A stretch of DNA of 61,480 nt, filler included, from Basidiobolus ranarum (lineage: Eukaryota), in the NCBI GenBank assembly GCA_040143965.1. It is 8 parts of 8 records of this genome, joined end to end, with 100 filler letters (N's around TTAATTAATTAA, not from the genome) between each part and the next. Parts side by side here need not be neighbours in the genome. Positions count along the whole stretch, not along the records: positions 38,531 to 46,115 come from JASJQH010001096.1; positions 46,216 to 53,798 come from JASJQH010001097.1; 6 more parts are not named here. One strand, written 5' to 3'. The notes below the pieces were generated by a model. The model had not been told where the DNA came from and ran no database searches. It worked only from the letters and a program-made list of their open reading frames with translations. Made by a program: the position numbers and the translations under genes. This document shows positions 39,295 through 51,034 of this stretch, piece by piece. Position 1 is the stretch's first letter; every line of letters starts with the position of its first letter.

Positions 39295-40414
39295 ATGCTA
39301 TTCAAGATTGAGCTAAATCAGGATACATTCAATAGCAGCTATGAAGATCAAGAGGACCGTGTATTTCAAGTAGTAGGGAGATTGATTTTTCTACCAACTT
39401 TCTCTATGAAAATCACGCGAATCAAGTTGGAGTTTACTGGAGAGCTATGCATTCGACAAGGTTGGTTTATTTTGAGTGATGTTTAGACTTGCTCCCTAGA
39501 ACACCATCTCATCAACTCGCTAATTTACTCTTATCCACACAACAGAGCTGAATAGAGTGCGAAAGTTATTCTATCAACATCACTGGATTTTCCATGGGCA
39601 AGCTGAAGGGACACAAACATTTGAAAAAGGTAGACTATATAGCTACCCCTTTCACCTTCCAATTCCAGGAGATATTCCGGAATCTGTAGATGTAGACAAT
39701 GCAAGAATTCACTACCAATTTAGAGCAACTGCTGAAGCGCCGCTGTACTTGCCTAATTTCAAGACAAGTAGAGATATCGTTATAAGAAGACATATGGGGC
39801 CAACTTTATCTTTGCAGTTCAATACCAAATCTCAAGGGATCTGGCAAGATGCTTTATCTTATGATATCAGTATTCCCACTAGCGACTACTCAGTAGGAAG
39901 TAAAATACCCATTCGTTTCAAACTGGAGAAACTGACGCAACAAGCCAATATCAACTTCATAGGATTCAGCTTGCGTGAACGTACTATGTATCGTATTCCC
40001 AATAGTTCTGGTGATGGACAGGCCGGGACCACAGTCAGCGAGCATCGAAGATGGGTCAAAACTGAAGTGAGCTTTTTTAATCAAGTAACCACTCAAGGTA
40101 TGGTTGAACTCAATATACCCAAATCTCCCAAGAAGATACATTATGATTGTATCACAGAAAATGTCGAAGTGAAGCACACACTTCACATAAGGCTAGACTT
40201 CAAGTATGGGCGTAGAACAGGAAATGTTCTTGTGGTATTTCCAATTATTGTCAAACAAGCACTGATGAACCAGTTACTGATAACTGATGCGATAACCGAA
40301 ATGTTACCCTGTTATGATCCATCCGATTTGCCACCCCTCTACGGTACACCAACTCTGCATGGAGGAGAAAGTCCTCCATCTTATGAACCTCGATCCACGT
40401 CAATTGAATCATAG
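39295..40414 (+). CDS. Alpha-arrestin (ART-like) ubiquitin ligase adaptor
   Basis: YSYPFHLPIPGDIPESV..ARIHYQFRAT, arrestin-C domain, PY motifs LPCY/PPLY/PPSY; intron ~39461-39545. Confidence 0.88.
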
Positions 40415-40947
40415 TTCTTGGGGACAAGCTTTGTAAATATCATCAAATACCAACACTAAAAGCCACGTGGGATTTCATAAATTTTGCTTATTGAAGTGAG
40501 CATTGTTTTGTCCAAGATCACTACAACTAGACATAATACAATTCAGCATATGCCAGTCTTTGTTACCATTCGGCATAGTTAGCTGTGTAATACAATTTAG
40601 CATACAGTTTACCAAGATTGCTGAGAGTTAAACAAAGTATTAGAACAAGAATAAATCGTCGAAAGTGCATGGGTCCTAACAAAACAATGCAGAAAAAAAT
40701 CACGCATCACGTGCATTTAGGATGAAAAAAAATCATGGTGAGAATGCAAGGGTGCCTGGAATGCCATGGCTATAAAAGTAGAGCTCGTAAGGGTATACAG
40801 ATCACTCACATCACTCAATCCCACTCTACTCTATCTACCTGTCGAGGTTTTATCAACGTTTTTAATAAACGTGAGGTATACTCCTCCCATGGTGGAGGAG
40901 TATTCTATCACATTTCAAACTATCCCTTCACTTTTCCCATTTCATAT

Positions 40948-41050
40948 TGGTCATATGATGATTCCAACAATAGAGTCAAGCACTTACATGCAGTTTGATC
41001 CCAAAGTGGCACTCGGCATACTGACGATAACTTGTTGTAACTGAAGACCA
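40948..41050 (+). ncRNA. Box C/D snoRNA, snR66-like (predicted guide for 25S Um2417, yeast numbering), copy 1
   Basis: C box ATGATGA 40955, D box CTGA 41041, terminal stem TGGTC/GACCA. Guide TAGAGTCAAGC is complementary to LSU GCUUGACUCUA and lies before D' CTTA. Confidence 0.82.
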
Positions 41051-41145
41051 TTTTCCCACTATTTTTTATTCCAATTTGCCTCAATTTACTTAAATAAACT
41101 GCCATTTTACTCTAACTGGTTTTCCAGTCTCCGCCTAATATACTA

Positions 41146-41248
41146 TGGTTATATGATGATTCCAACAATAGAGTCAAGCACTTACATGTCGTTTGATCCC
41201 AAAGTGGCACTCGACATACTGACGATAACTTGTTGAAACTGATAACCA
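41146..41248 (+). ncRNA. Box C/D snoRNA, snR66-like, copy 2
   Basis: C box 41153, D box 41239, stem TGGTTA/TAACCA, identical guide. Confidence 0.82.
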
Positions 41249-41470
41249 CTCTTTACACTAAAAATGTTCTATAAATAAAAAAATATTTCACCAACAATCC
41301 AATGTTCATTCACTCTTTCAAAGTCGATCCACAGTTCCATCATTCTTTATTTTTTACTAATTGCTTTTCAACAAACTTTGATTCATAATTCATGTTAAGT
41401 GCAACAGTGGTAAAATACATGTTGATTTTAAATCGCATATAGTCTCCCTTAATTTGTTAGTCTTTCTGAA

Positions 41471-42685
41471 ATGACCAAACCTGAGGAAAGCCTTGCCACT
41501 GCTGAAAATAGTAGAGTGAGAGACCCTGTTGTAAATACTCCTCAACCACAGCGGAACGTATTAAGGAGTTTATCAGAGCGACCATATTACTACGTCATTT
41601 TAGTTTGTTTATTGTCTATATTCGTGTCTTTTTTGGTCAGTAACCCGGATAATTCGGATGCGAAATCTTCTGCTATACTTGAGCCCAGCATTGTTCACAA
41701 ACGAGTTGTAGCTATTGGTGATCTACATGGCGACTTTGAATCCGCTTTGAAAGTGCTTCAGTTGGCAAAGCTAGTTGATGCTGAAGGAAGTTGGATAGGT
41801 GGAGATGACATTTTAGTCCAAACTGTAGGTTCTTTTTTAAACCAAATCTATAATTAGAAAGCTTGTGTAATGGTTTTATGAAAGGGTGATATCGTAGATC
41901 GTGGTCCAGATACTCTCAGATTATACCAATATTTCTTCAAGCTAAGCTCGGATGCTGCTAATCGAGGGGGCCAAGTAATAATTTGTTTATTTCTACATAT
42001 AATGGTGATGTGGTGAAGATTAATCGAGTTTGTTATATTTTAAGGTCATCAACCTTCTTGGAAACCATGAGATTATGAATTTCGCAGGTGATTATCGGTA
42101 TGTTCACCCTGCCGATGATCTTGGCTCATCTAAAGAACCCAGATTAAGTGCCTTCAATACCGAAGGTATTCTTGGTTCGCACCTATTAAGATGGAATATT
42201 ACAACCATCGTGTCAGACACAGTTTTCTCACATGCAGATCTCCACCCAAGATGGGCCAAGCATGGGATCGCCAAAATCAATTCTATTGCACATAAAAAAC
42301 TTTATGGTGACGAGAAATCCAATCAAGAGCGCAATTGGCGTTGGAGATACTTTGGCGGTTTGTTTGGTGATGATGGTCCTGTTTGGTATCGTGGCTTTGC
42401 TCTAGGTGAGGATGAGGCCGAAGTATGCCGTGGAATCAAAGAGTCATTGGAGTTGTTAAAAGTAATATTTTATGAAATTTAATATGTTGTTGACTTGCAC
42501 TGACTTTCTCTCTTTAGGTGAAACGGATGGTTGTGGGTCATACTACTCAACGTAATGGTAAAGTCCTGACTAGATGCAATGGTCTATACTATGTTATAGA
42601 TGTGGGAATTTCTCGTGCTTACGGGAATTCAATAGCAGCTCTTGAAATAAATGGTGACTTGGTAAAGCCAATTTACCCCAATTGA
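41471..42685 (+). CDS. Membrane-anchored Shewanella-like (SLP) metallophosphatase, 4 exons
   Basis: N-terminal TM segment; GDLHGD, QT/GDIVDRGPD, LLGNHE, DGPVWYRG, MVVGHT, IDVGIS. Confidence 0.9.
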
Positions 42686-44361
42686 GAGGTAGAGTCTCAA
42701 CTAAAAATTAAAGTCTATGAGCTACGTACATTTCAAATTATTGCCAAAAGGTCGCTTATTCTCTTTCCCTCTCAGTTCATGTGAAATCTCTACATTTTCC
42801 AATAAACTAATAAATGCCATGCTTTCAAATTATCTTATTAACCAACAAAAAGTAAACAGCTTGCTACTATGCTTGAGGTAATGTAGTAGTATTCGTGTTT
42901 GCGTTCTCTTGCTCACTCAATTGATGTTCTCATTCATGTGGATTATTGGTACTAGCGCCCCATAACCCTCAATCCAAGCCGTATTTATCTATGACTCCAA
43001 TAACCAGACCGACTTCTATTCATTTTCGCCAACTGTACTAAATAAACCTGACGGGAAACTCGGTATTCTACCTAAGGATGCAGGGTTGAGGATATGTGCT
43101 TGAAACCATTTAGAGTATGTTAATTATGTCATTCTAACGGTTAAGCAGTTTCAATCTCCAATACCTCCTTCTGTATGCTTATATTGTGAAAGCAGATGCC
43201 ACTGTATTTCTATCAACATGCATGAACGAAGATATTCAAGCTGTAGTTTAAAGCTGAATTAGTTTCAAAAATATTTGATCATTAGGATCTTGCATTGTAG
43301 ATATCCGTGGCAATACAAGCCACTGCAATCTTGGCCTTAAACGTAAGTCCACTCAGTATTGACCACAGTTCTTAGTATTCTATTACATAATTAGGGGCCA
43401 ACTTTCGTAAACGGTCTTATTTTCCATGGCTAAACTATTAAGGAATGCCTCAGTCTGTACAGAAATCGTGTGGAAAATATGATCATCATCAATGATTTGG
43501 TTTACCAACTTGGGCGGGTCGTAGGAGGGGGAACTAAAGCAAATCAAGTAATAAAGTCTTTGCAACAAAAGCAGTATACCCAAAATCTGAAATACATGCA
43601 GGGTGCTTAACCTGGAGAGCTTTCAGCGTGCACTTTCTCCCTTTTCTGAATATCTAGGATGATTGAGACATGTTGAGAAGATATTTATAGAATCATCGTT
43701 CTGTGGCTAAATTTCCGGCAAATGTAATATACCCTAAGAATACCAACCAATTCTATATCATTCAATGGCAAACAAGCAAAGCCCATCTGAAGTCAAATCC
43801 AGCTAAATAGAAATAATAATCGATATTATTCAGGTCAGCCGCGGATGAATGAGACGATGCAAATAGATCAAGGCTTATAGGAGGGCTTTAGTTTACTAAA
43901 ATTAGGTCAGTTACTTGCTAGTAAATGGTATAACGTTTAAGCCGAAATCATTAACTAGCGTAATTTTCACAAATGTCCGAATGTAAACTCCTAATAATCT
44001 GACAAAGATACAAATATCCAAAAATACAATCTGGAAATTGATCTTTGGAGTTGAATCCTCCTACTGAATAGTAAGTCATTCAAATAGGTTCAGGGCTAAT
44101 TAGAGATCTTGGCCTGAATTAAATAAGATCAATACGTAATTTGTGCATCTCACATGAATCAATTTATATTTTCTTAATAAAGTAAGTCAATACCAAATGA
44201 AAAATCGAAAGAGATTGGGTACTCTTCATAAACACAAAGGAAGTCAGATGAGATACAAGACTATATCCAGAATATAAAAGCGTTGCTCTCGCTCCACGTT
44301 TATTGAAGATCTCCTGCTTCATAGCAACTCACCTTTGTTATTGTTTTTCTACATCTCAGTC

Positions 44362-45472
44362 ATGAGATTATACCTATTAAGCGCTTTCCTCGTCTCCTCA
44401 ATCATACTCATTGATGCTTCTCCCACTGATGAACGACAGATAAATTGGAAGGTATGATTTACATTTAGTAAAACTGACGCCAATTTTGAGCTACAAGATA
44501 TTTTGAAAGGACTTCTGACTATATGTTGTACCAACAATGTAGTATGGTGGATTATCAGGCCCTCAACGATGGGGCGATTTAGATCCGTCGTTTGCAACTT
44601 GTAAGACAGGGCGTTATCAGTCTCCTATAGATATTACCAGAACAAGTGCGAAACTAGTTGAAAATCATCCTTTACAATTAAAATGGCACAAGGAGCACCT
44701 AAAGAACGTTACTATGGTAAACAATGGACATACATTACAAATCAATATGCCTGCAGAGAACAGAGTAGAATTGAAGAGAGAAGGGGTTCACTACTATTTG
44801 CGACAGTTTCATATTCATACACCATCCGAGCACCACATCAATGGAAGATACTACGATGCTGAAGTTCACCTTGTAATGTCCGACAAGGATAATGAAAAAT
44901 ATCAGGTTCTTGGCGTTCTAATGGGCTTGTCCGATGAACCAAGCAAATTTTTGCAAGACATAAGTAGTGAGGTACGCAATCTAATTTCAGGTCAATGAAT
45001 TATAAATCGTATTGCCAATATTTGTCTAAATAACTTCAAATATAACACTGGCCAACTACTCACTTATACTTTTAATTAGCATAACATTCCTGATGATGCA
45101 GGACAAAGTATACTACTTCACCGCATCAATCTCCGAGCGTTGATCACCGAAGTAGACGATTTTAGAGAATATTATTCCTATGAGGGCAGTTTGACTACTC
45201 CACCTTGCACAGTACGTAAACATCCCAACTTAAATAACATGCCTGTTACTTTACACAAGACAACACATATTACTAAAAACCAATACTAAATATTTGTCAA
45301 ATATCAAATATAGGAAGGGGTACGTTGGATTGTCGCAAAAAATCCTGCCAAGATGACTTGGAGACAATTGGATGATATGCGTCAAGGTACACATTATAAT
45401 GCCCGCTACGTCCAGCAAGGACACAAGATTAAGTCAACACACAGAACGAGAAAAAATATGAAATTGTTCTGA
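44362..45472 (+). CDS. Secreted alpha-carbonic anhydrase, 4 exons
   Basis: Signal peptide; W.YGG..GP..WG, QSPIDI, NNGHT, zinc ligands QFHIHTPSEH..AEVHLV, YEGSLTTPPCT/EGVRW, NARYVQ. Confidence 0.93.
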
Positions 45473-45714
45473 GTGTTACGATATGATTTGGCAAGCAGTA
45501 CCCTCAATAAACTCAGCGATTGATTGTTCAAGTATACTCCGAAGGAGATTAAGTAGATTTGAAAAGAGAAAGGTTTCCTTAGCCATCTAATACCTCACTT
45601 TATTAAAAGTAAAGTTTGGGTGATTGTGAAGACACACGGCATTGAATGATCCTTGTACTCACGCCATGTTCAAAAGTATCAGGAATAGTGAAAGGTAGGA
45701 ATTTAAAAAAGTTT

Positions 45715-45796
45715 CGACAACAGCAGGATTTGAACCTGCGCGGGCAGAGCCCATATGATTTCTAGTCATACGCCTTAACCACTCGGCCATGTTGTC
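45715..45796 (-). tRNA. tRNA-Ser (AGA)
   Basis: GACAACA acceptor stem, TGGCCGAGTGG A box, TATGA-CT-AGA-AA-TCATA anticodon arm, long variable arm, GGTTCAAATCC, downstream T-run. Confidence 0.97.
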
Positions 45797-45896
45797 TTAT
45801 GTATATGTGCCACCTTAAAATGGGTGTTATTTGTTAGTAACTTTGGACTCTCATGCAAGTTGAGATTAGTCCATAAGAAATACTCACATCAGACAT

Positions 45897-46021
45897 GGCT
45901 GTGTTAGCGTGGTGGTGTTATCTCAGATCCTGATTGCTTACTACCGTGGTTCAATCCCCTGCGACGCTGTTAGAGACATACAGCATTCGCCGCTCACCAA
46001 GCCTGGTTTGCCAAAATTTTT
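45897..46021 (+). ncRNA. Candidate Pol III tRNA-like RNA or SINE head
   Basis: A-box-like TAGCGTGGTGG, B box GGTTCAATCCC, nested stems, T5 run at 46017-46021; no normal anticodon arm. Confidence 0.45.
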
Positions 46022-46215
46022 AGTGAAAACATTTTCAAAACTTATCCGGTATTAGAAAGGATTATGCAGAGCTCTTCAACCGGCCCTAATCCAAACGACT
46101 CCCAGCAACCGAGTGNNNNNNNNNNNNNNNNNNNNNNNNNNNNNNNNNNNNNNNNNNNNTTAATTAATTAANNNNNNNNNNNNNNNNNNNNNNNNNNNNN
46201 NNNNNNNNNNNNNNN

Positions 46216-47269
46216 GAGTCAGTTCTATTAGAAGTCGATGATGCTGAAGAAAAATTGTATGACAACCAAACCAACATTTACGAGACGGTGAAGCTTGCGG
46301 GATCCAATCTTGAGCTACGTCTGAAGGAATTCCGTCGTAGACTCATTAACATAGTGAAGGCCGAACATGAGGTACATTGATGTAACACTCTATTGGCTAA
46401 AACCGTACGATATACTCACTTATGCTTCAGAAATTTTTGGCTTCATTGTCCATTGGTGTTGATGTCAATAACAGAGCGCTGTTGAAATGGCATCCACAAT
46501 TTGATCTCAACACTGTCCCTGACATACCTAAATCAGATCTTCCTACACTCGATAGACCCGTTATCAGTATCGCCAAATCTTTGAGACTAGAGAAATCTAA
46601 GTCATCTACTGAGGTATGCGCCTTCTTGAAACAAACCAACCCCCTCAAGTCCTAAATACGTTTGAAATTTATCATACACAGGACGAAGAGAAAAATACAG
46701 TGCCTTCCGATGCATCTGGCACTACACCACACTCTAGTGCTCTAGCTAAGGCATCGTCTTTGCTTGACAGAGTTAGTTGTCACAATAGCTATTGATCATA
46801 GATAATCATTTACTCACTACAGTTGACTGTCTAGATACGTGCTAAGGAAAAAAAGCGAAATGAAGACATCATGTTTGGACTATCTCCTGAAATTCTTTCA
46901 CGAAAAACAATGCTTAGTCGAATACCTGCTATTGCCGACTCGATCAATTTCATCTTCACGTCATCGAAAAAAACCGTGTTACGCCAAGGTGAGGTTGTCC
47001 GTAAAATCATAGAGAGCTACAAAACTCCGTTATCCGAAGGTACACGCTTAGACATAATTTATAGCATATAAACTTCTCATTCTCAACCAAAATCTTATCC
47101 TCATACAGCCGAAGTCATGGATCATCTTAAATTAGTGTCAGAACTTGCACCGAAGTGGCTCAAGTTGATGCCTATTGGTAATAGTGTAATGGTCAAGCTA
47201 GACCGTTTAAGTTCCGTGAAAGATGTGAAAGAGATATTTAAAACCGAGTTACAGAAAGTTACTTCATAG
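46216..47269 (+). CDS. CDT1: DNA replication licensing factor Cdt1, 3' part
   Basis: RLKEFRRRLINIVKAEHE/KFL..LLKWHPQFDLNTVPDIP, SLLDR/IRAKE, C-terminal winged helix (HLKLVSELAPKWL). Confidence 0.88.
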
Positions 47270-47455
47270 AGTTCCAAATCATATTATATCACAGGCTGAT
47301 ACGAACTAAAGTTCGATTTAATGTGTATTTGTTAATCGTACATTTTATTTACTATTTCAACGTTAGACAATTCATATAGGATACTGTGAATAAAAGCGAA
47401 TAGTTTTCAGCCCTGCCCACTTTATGGGACCAACTCATGGTAAACATGCTTTGAC

Positions 47456-50400
47456 CTTGGCGGAAAGTTTTCTTAGAGAAGATGTATCTTGGCCAAGTAG
47501 TTGATGGATATTCTGCAAGATATGATGACACTACCGAGTTTTGGATAGAGCAATTAACCCGATACATAGGCTCATCCGATGTGACTTGAGTTATGATTGT
47601 TATTCAGAACTAGCAATATATTTGTGGTGGCATACTGGCACACAATCCGCAGTCTTGATCGTGTGAAATGAAAATGACTGTTGAGATATTCTAGGCCTAA
47701 AACTAAGTTTTCTTAAAACATATAACCTGTACAAATATCGTGTAACAAGTACCGGTCAGCGCCAAAATGAATGATTTTTTTCACAATCTTAATCTCAGAT
47801 TATTCTCTACAGTATTTCCAACTCTAATACACATAATTTACTTAGAGTAGAAGTTGTAATACACTGCAGAGACGTCAACTGTAAGTTGCCAACTGATATC
47901 TAATGAATGATTCTCCGGGCGTTAACATTTAATTTTGTAAATAAGTAATCTATATGTAGCAAATGACGGTATTTATTCCAGTGTAGCGGAAATCCGTTTG
48001 GTGTTAATACCAAAATAAGAATCCGTTCTAAACAACTGTGGTTGAAAGAGGCTAAAGGGTCGCACCAAGATCGCTGGAAAGCTGCATCGAATTCTCCATG
48101 ATGGTACATAGTGTGTATCAGATCTACACTGATCTTCAGAAATTTACTATATGGAAACATTGACATGGATGACACATTACAGAATCTAGAAGCTATATCT
48201 TAACAGACTGGGCATTAAGTTTAACCTTCCTTGGCATTCAAAGCATGTAGTCCATGCAAGCGAAAAATCCATCTTGACCACATGGACGAGATTCCAGAAT
48301 GTATTCATGACTTGAACGAGGTGGTATTATTGCTATTTTAGCACCTGACTCATTCAAGTCATACTAATAAAGGGTGTCCTATCTAGTAGTTTGTCCATGT
48401 TCATTGGCAATGGCTACATTATATAGACTATTTTTAGTGTGAAGCAATACTGAACATGAAATGCTCTCAATCATGGAATTAGTGCTATTATAGATCATCC
48501 ACTATGGCATGCAACATTCAGAAATAGCCAATGGCTCTGATACATACTGCTCATATAGTGTGATCTATATCATCAGTAATCTTCCAGTCTCGATACTTTT
48601 ATAGCTCAGATTATGCGATGGTATATTCCTGCTCTATGCTTATATTAGTCATTTGGATACATTATATTAACTGGCCCCGCGGTACCCATGATTAGCTAAC
48701 GTCATCTGAAACTCAACAAACGATATCTCAATGAAGTCACCGAGGATAATGAAATTAGGTGCGATCGAGTATTACCAATGCTAGTGCTTACAGGCATTAG
48801 CTGTCAGCTTGGTATGTCTCACCCATTCATCCAGTGGACTAATTCAATCGCGAATATGAAGTAACTATAGAAGCGTTGACTATTGGATAGTGCATCTAAA
48901 CAGAGGTGAAGCGCAAAGATAATAAGCGTGGTAGCGTGTTGGTGGCCCGGAGCCTCTTTTTAGTTTAGTTAGACTTAGCGAATAGCAATGAACTGGAAGC
49001 AATGAAGAGATTGAACAATGAACTCCTGATGAGACTTATCTGAAACAAGTATAATGGAACGAAGTAGCCAACAGCATTCAGCATTCCTGGCAACATATGT
49101 TTCTTGCCATACAAGTGTAAGTATTTGGAACCTTGCGTATTCCCAAGTTCCTACTTGTACCGGCATATGCTACAGGGTGAAGGAAATACAAGCTCCTCTA
49201 TAAAAGATTGTTTTTGAATTTTAATTCTGATCTACTAATCAATGGTAAGTTTCTTCAGCCAGTAAGCTAAAGCGGGTGAACGTCAGAGATGATTCTATTA
49301 AGGATTGCCTTTCATTTCTGATCCACGAGTATGAGGATTTGGGCACTGAGAGTGGAGAGATGATGAACTATCTTTCCCATTGGTGTTGGTGGTGTGCATG
49401 TAGTATTTTCTTCGCCAACTCGGTTGTATCTTATACATACCATGGCCAATGCAAAGCTCCGATGATGTTTTCGGATCTACATCTAGGAGTCATTCGTATT
49501 GTCGAGAGGGAATTTTCCGGCTGGTTGGATGAAGAGGATTTCTAAACGAGTTGTAACTCAAAGGGTTGGAAAATGGGCCAATGAGTTAGTTTGGCCAGTG
49601 TGTCTATTTCAGTCCAGAACCTTGGAATGAGATTTACCAGATGAAGTCAATGTGGAAGATATTTACAAAAATACAAATCTGACATAAGCTCTTGAAAGCT
49701 TGGCTATGAATAAGCGTCGGTAGCTAGCAGAAAGTAATCTCTAGGTGCGTGTTATGCGCAAGCTTTCATCGAATATATTGGATGGAGGACGTTCATGGGG
49801 CCATAGAGGGAAAACTTAGATTTACTGGGCTTCTGTTGCACCTATTTCCCGTGCCTCCAGATACCTCTGGCTGGTAAACAATATACAACTTGCTACTGAA
49901 AAACGTGGTTAGAATGTGCCACTATGCACCCACAGAGATTGATCCAAGCTCTGGTTTCAAACTGATATTCATGCAAATGCGGTTGAGTAATTGAGCGGGC
50001 TTCTGGGAGATTTAAGCGGCCAAACTGCCAATCATTATACGCAGAAATATATCTAAATATAGATATTCTAACTGAATTATCTTAAAATGGATTCTCACCT
50101 TTGTTGCGTCAGGCTCGGATTACTTGAAACCGACACCTTGACAAAAAGGTTAGTTTACCCCAGCGCTGCTTAGAAAATAAGGCACCAAATGATTGGACGA
50201 TTATATAGGAGAGTGAATGGGCGTGCAGACAAGTGCCATTAGGAGAGAAGAGACTTGTAGCTTTATCCAGAACAGAGATCAAGCTGAAGATCCGCCGAGC
50301 CATGTTGCTTGATACAGCTCGGTAGAGCAAATTCAGAGCATGTTGACTTATTAGTCCTTAAACGCCTTATAACCAATTCCACCATGAAGCGTGAGGCTAT

Positions 50401-50810
50401 TTGCTAATCAACAGTTAGTCATAGAAAATAAAGCTCACAAATCACATTCTGAAGATGATTTTGCCAAGTCTATCTCAGTTTGAATATGCTGAAGGATAGA
50501 ATACGTAGGCACTATAATAGTATATATTCTTCGATTAGAGCTAAAAGTAGGTTGAGGTGCAGCAAACTAGTCACAATCCAGATGGTGGTGGTGAGAATGC
50601 CTCGAATTTCCAAATCAAGTAATCAGCAGCTCGCTTGTTTCTTTGATGGTTCATGTAGAATACTATATTTGTAGTTACAAATGGAACTACTAGCTGCAGA
50701 TCAGGGTGCTAAGTAAGATCAAATAGTTTCACTGAAATTCAGAATATGGCTTGGCAGAGGACTAGTTGCTCAAGCTTCAGGGAGATTAGGGTTGACTTCT
50801 TTATATATAA
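47456..50810 (+). promoter_or_regulatory. Long pacC upstream region with eight GCCARG sites and TATA (~50802)
   Basis: GCCARG on either strand at 47456, 47488, 47492, 48230, 49086, 49699, 50463, 50750. Confidence 0.55.
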
Positions 50811-51034
50811 TCAGCCATCCAACGCTGTTCCCGACATTTTTTAATCATTACCATTACCTTTGTGTTCGTTGCTTTCGCACCATTCTTAAGATATCTTAGA
50901 AGTACTTATCTGACTCAATCCTAATCTTGCACTCTTTAGTGCCCTGCCATTCAAAATATATTATCGGTTTATGTGGTATTCAAACATTTAACTCGGATAT
51001 TGGACTGCATTCGTTTTCAAATCCAATACCAGGT

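Noticed and set aside
49020..49055. Hammerhead-like CTGATGA..GAAAC
   Set aside because: Stem II cannot form properly and stems I/III are absent.
47900..49550. Possible transposon ghosts in the pacC upstream region
   Set aside because: Only faint fragments; no diagnostic motif.
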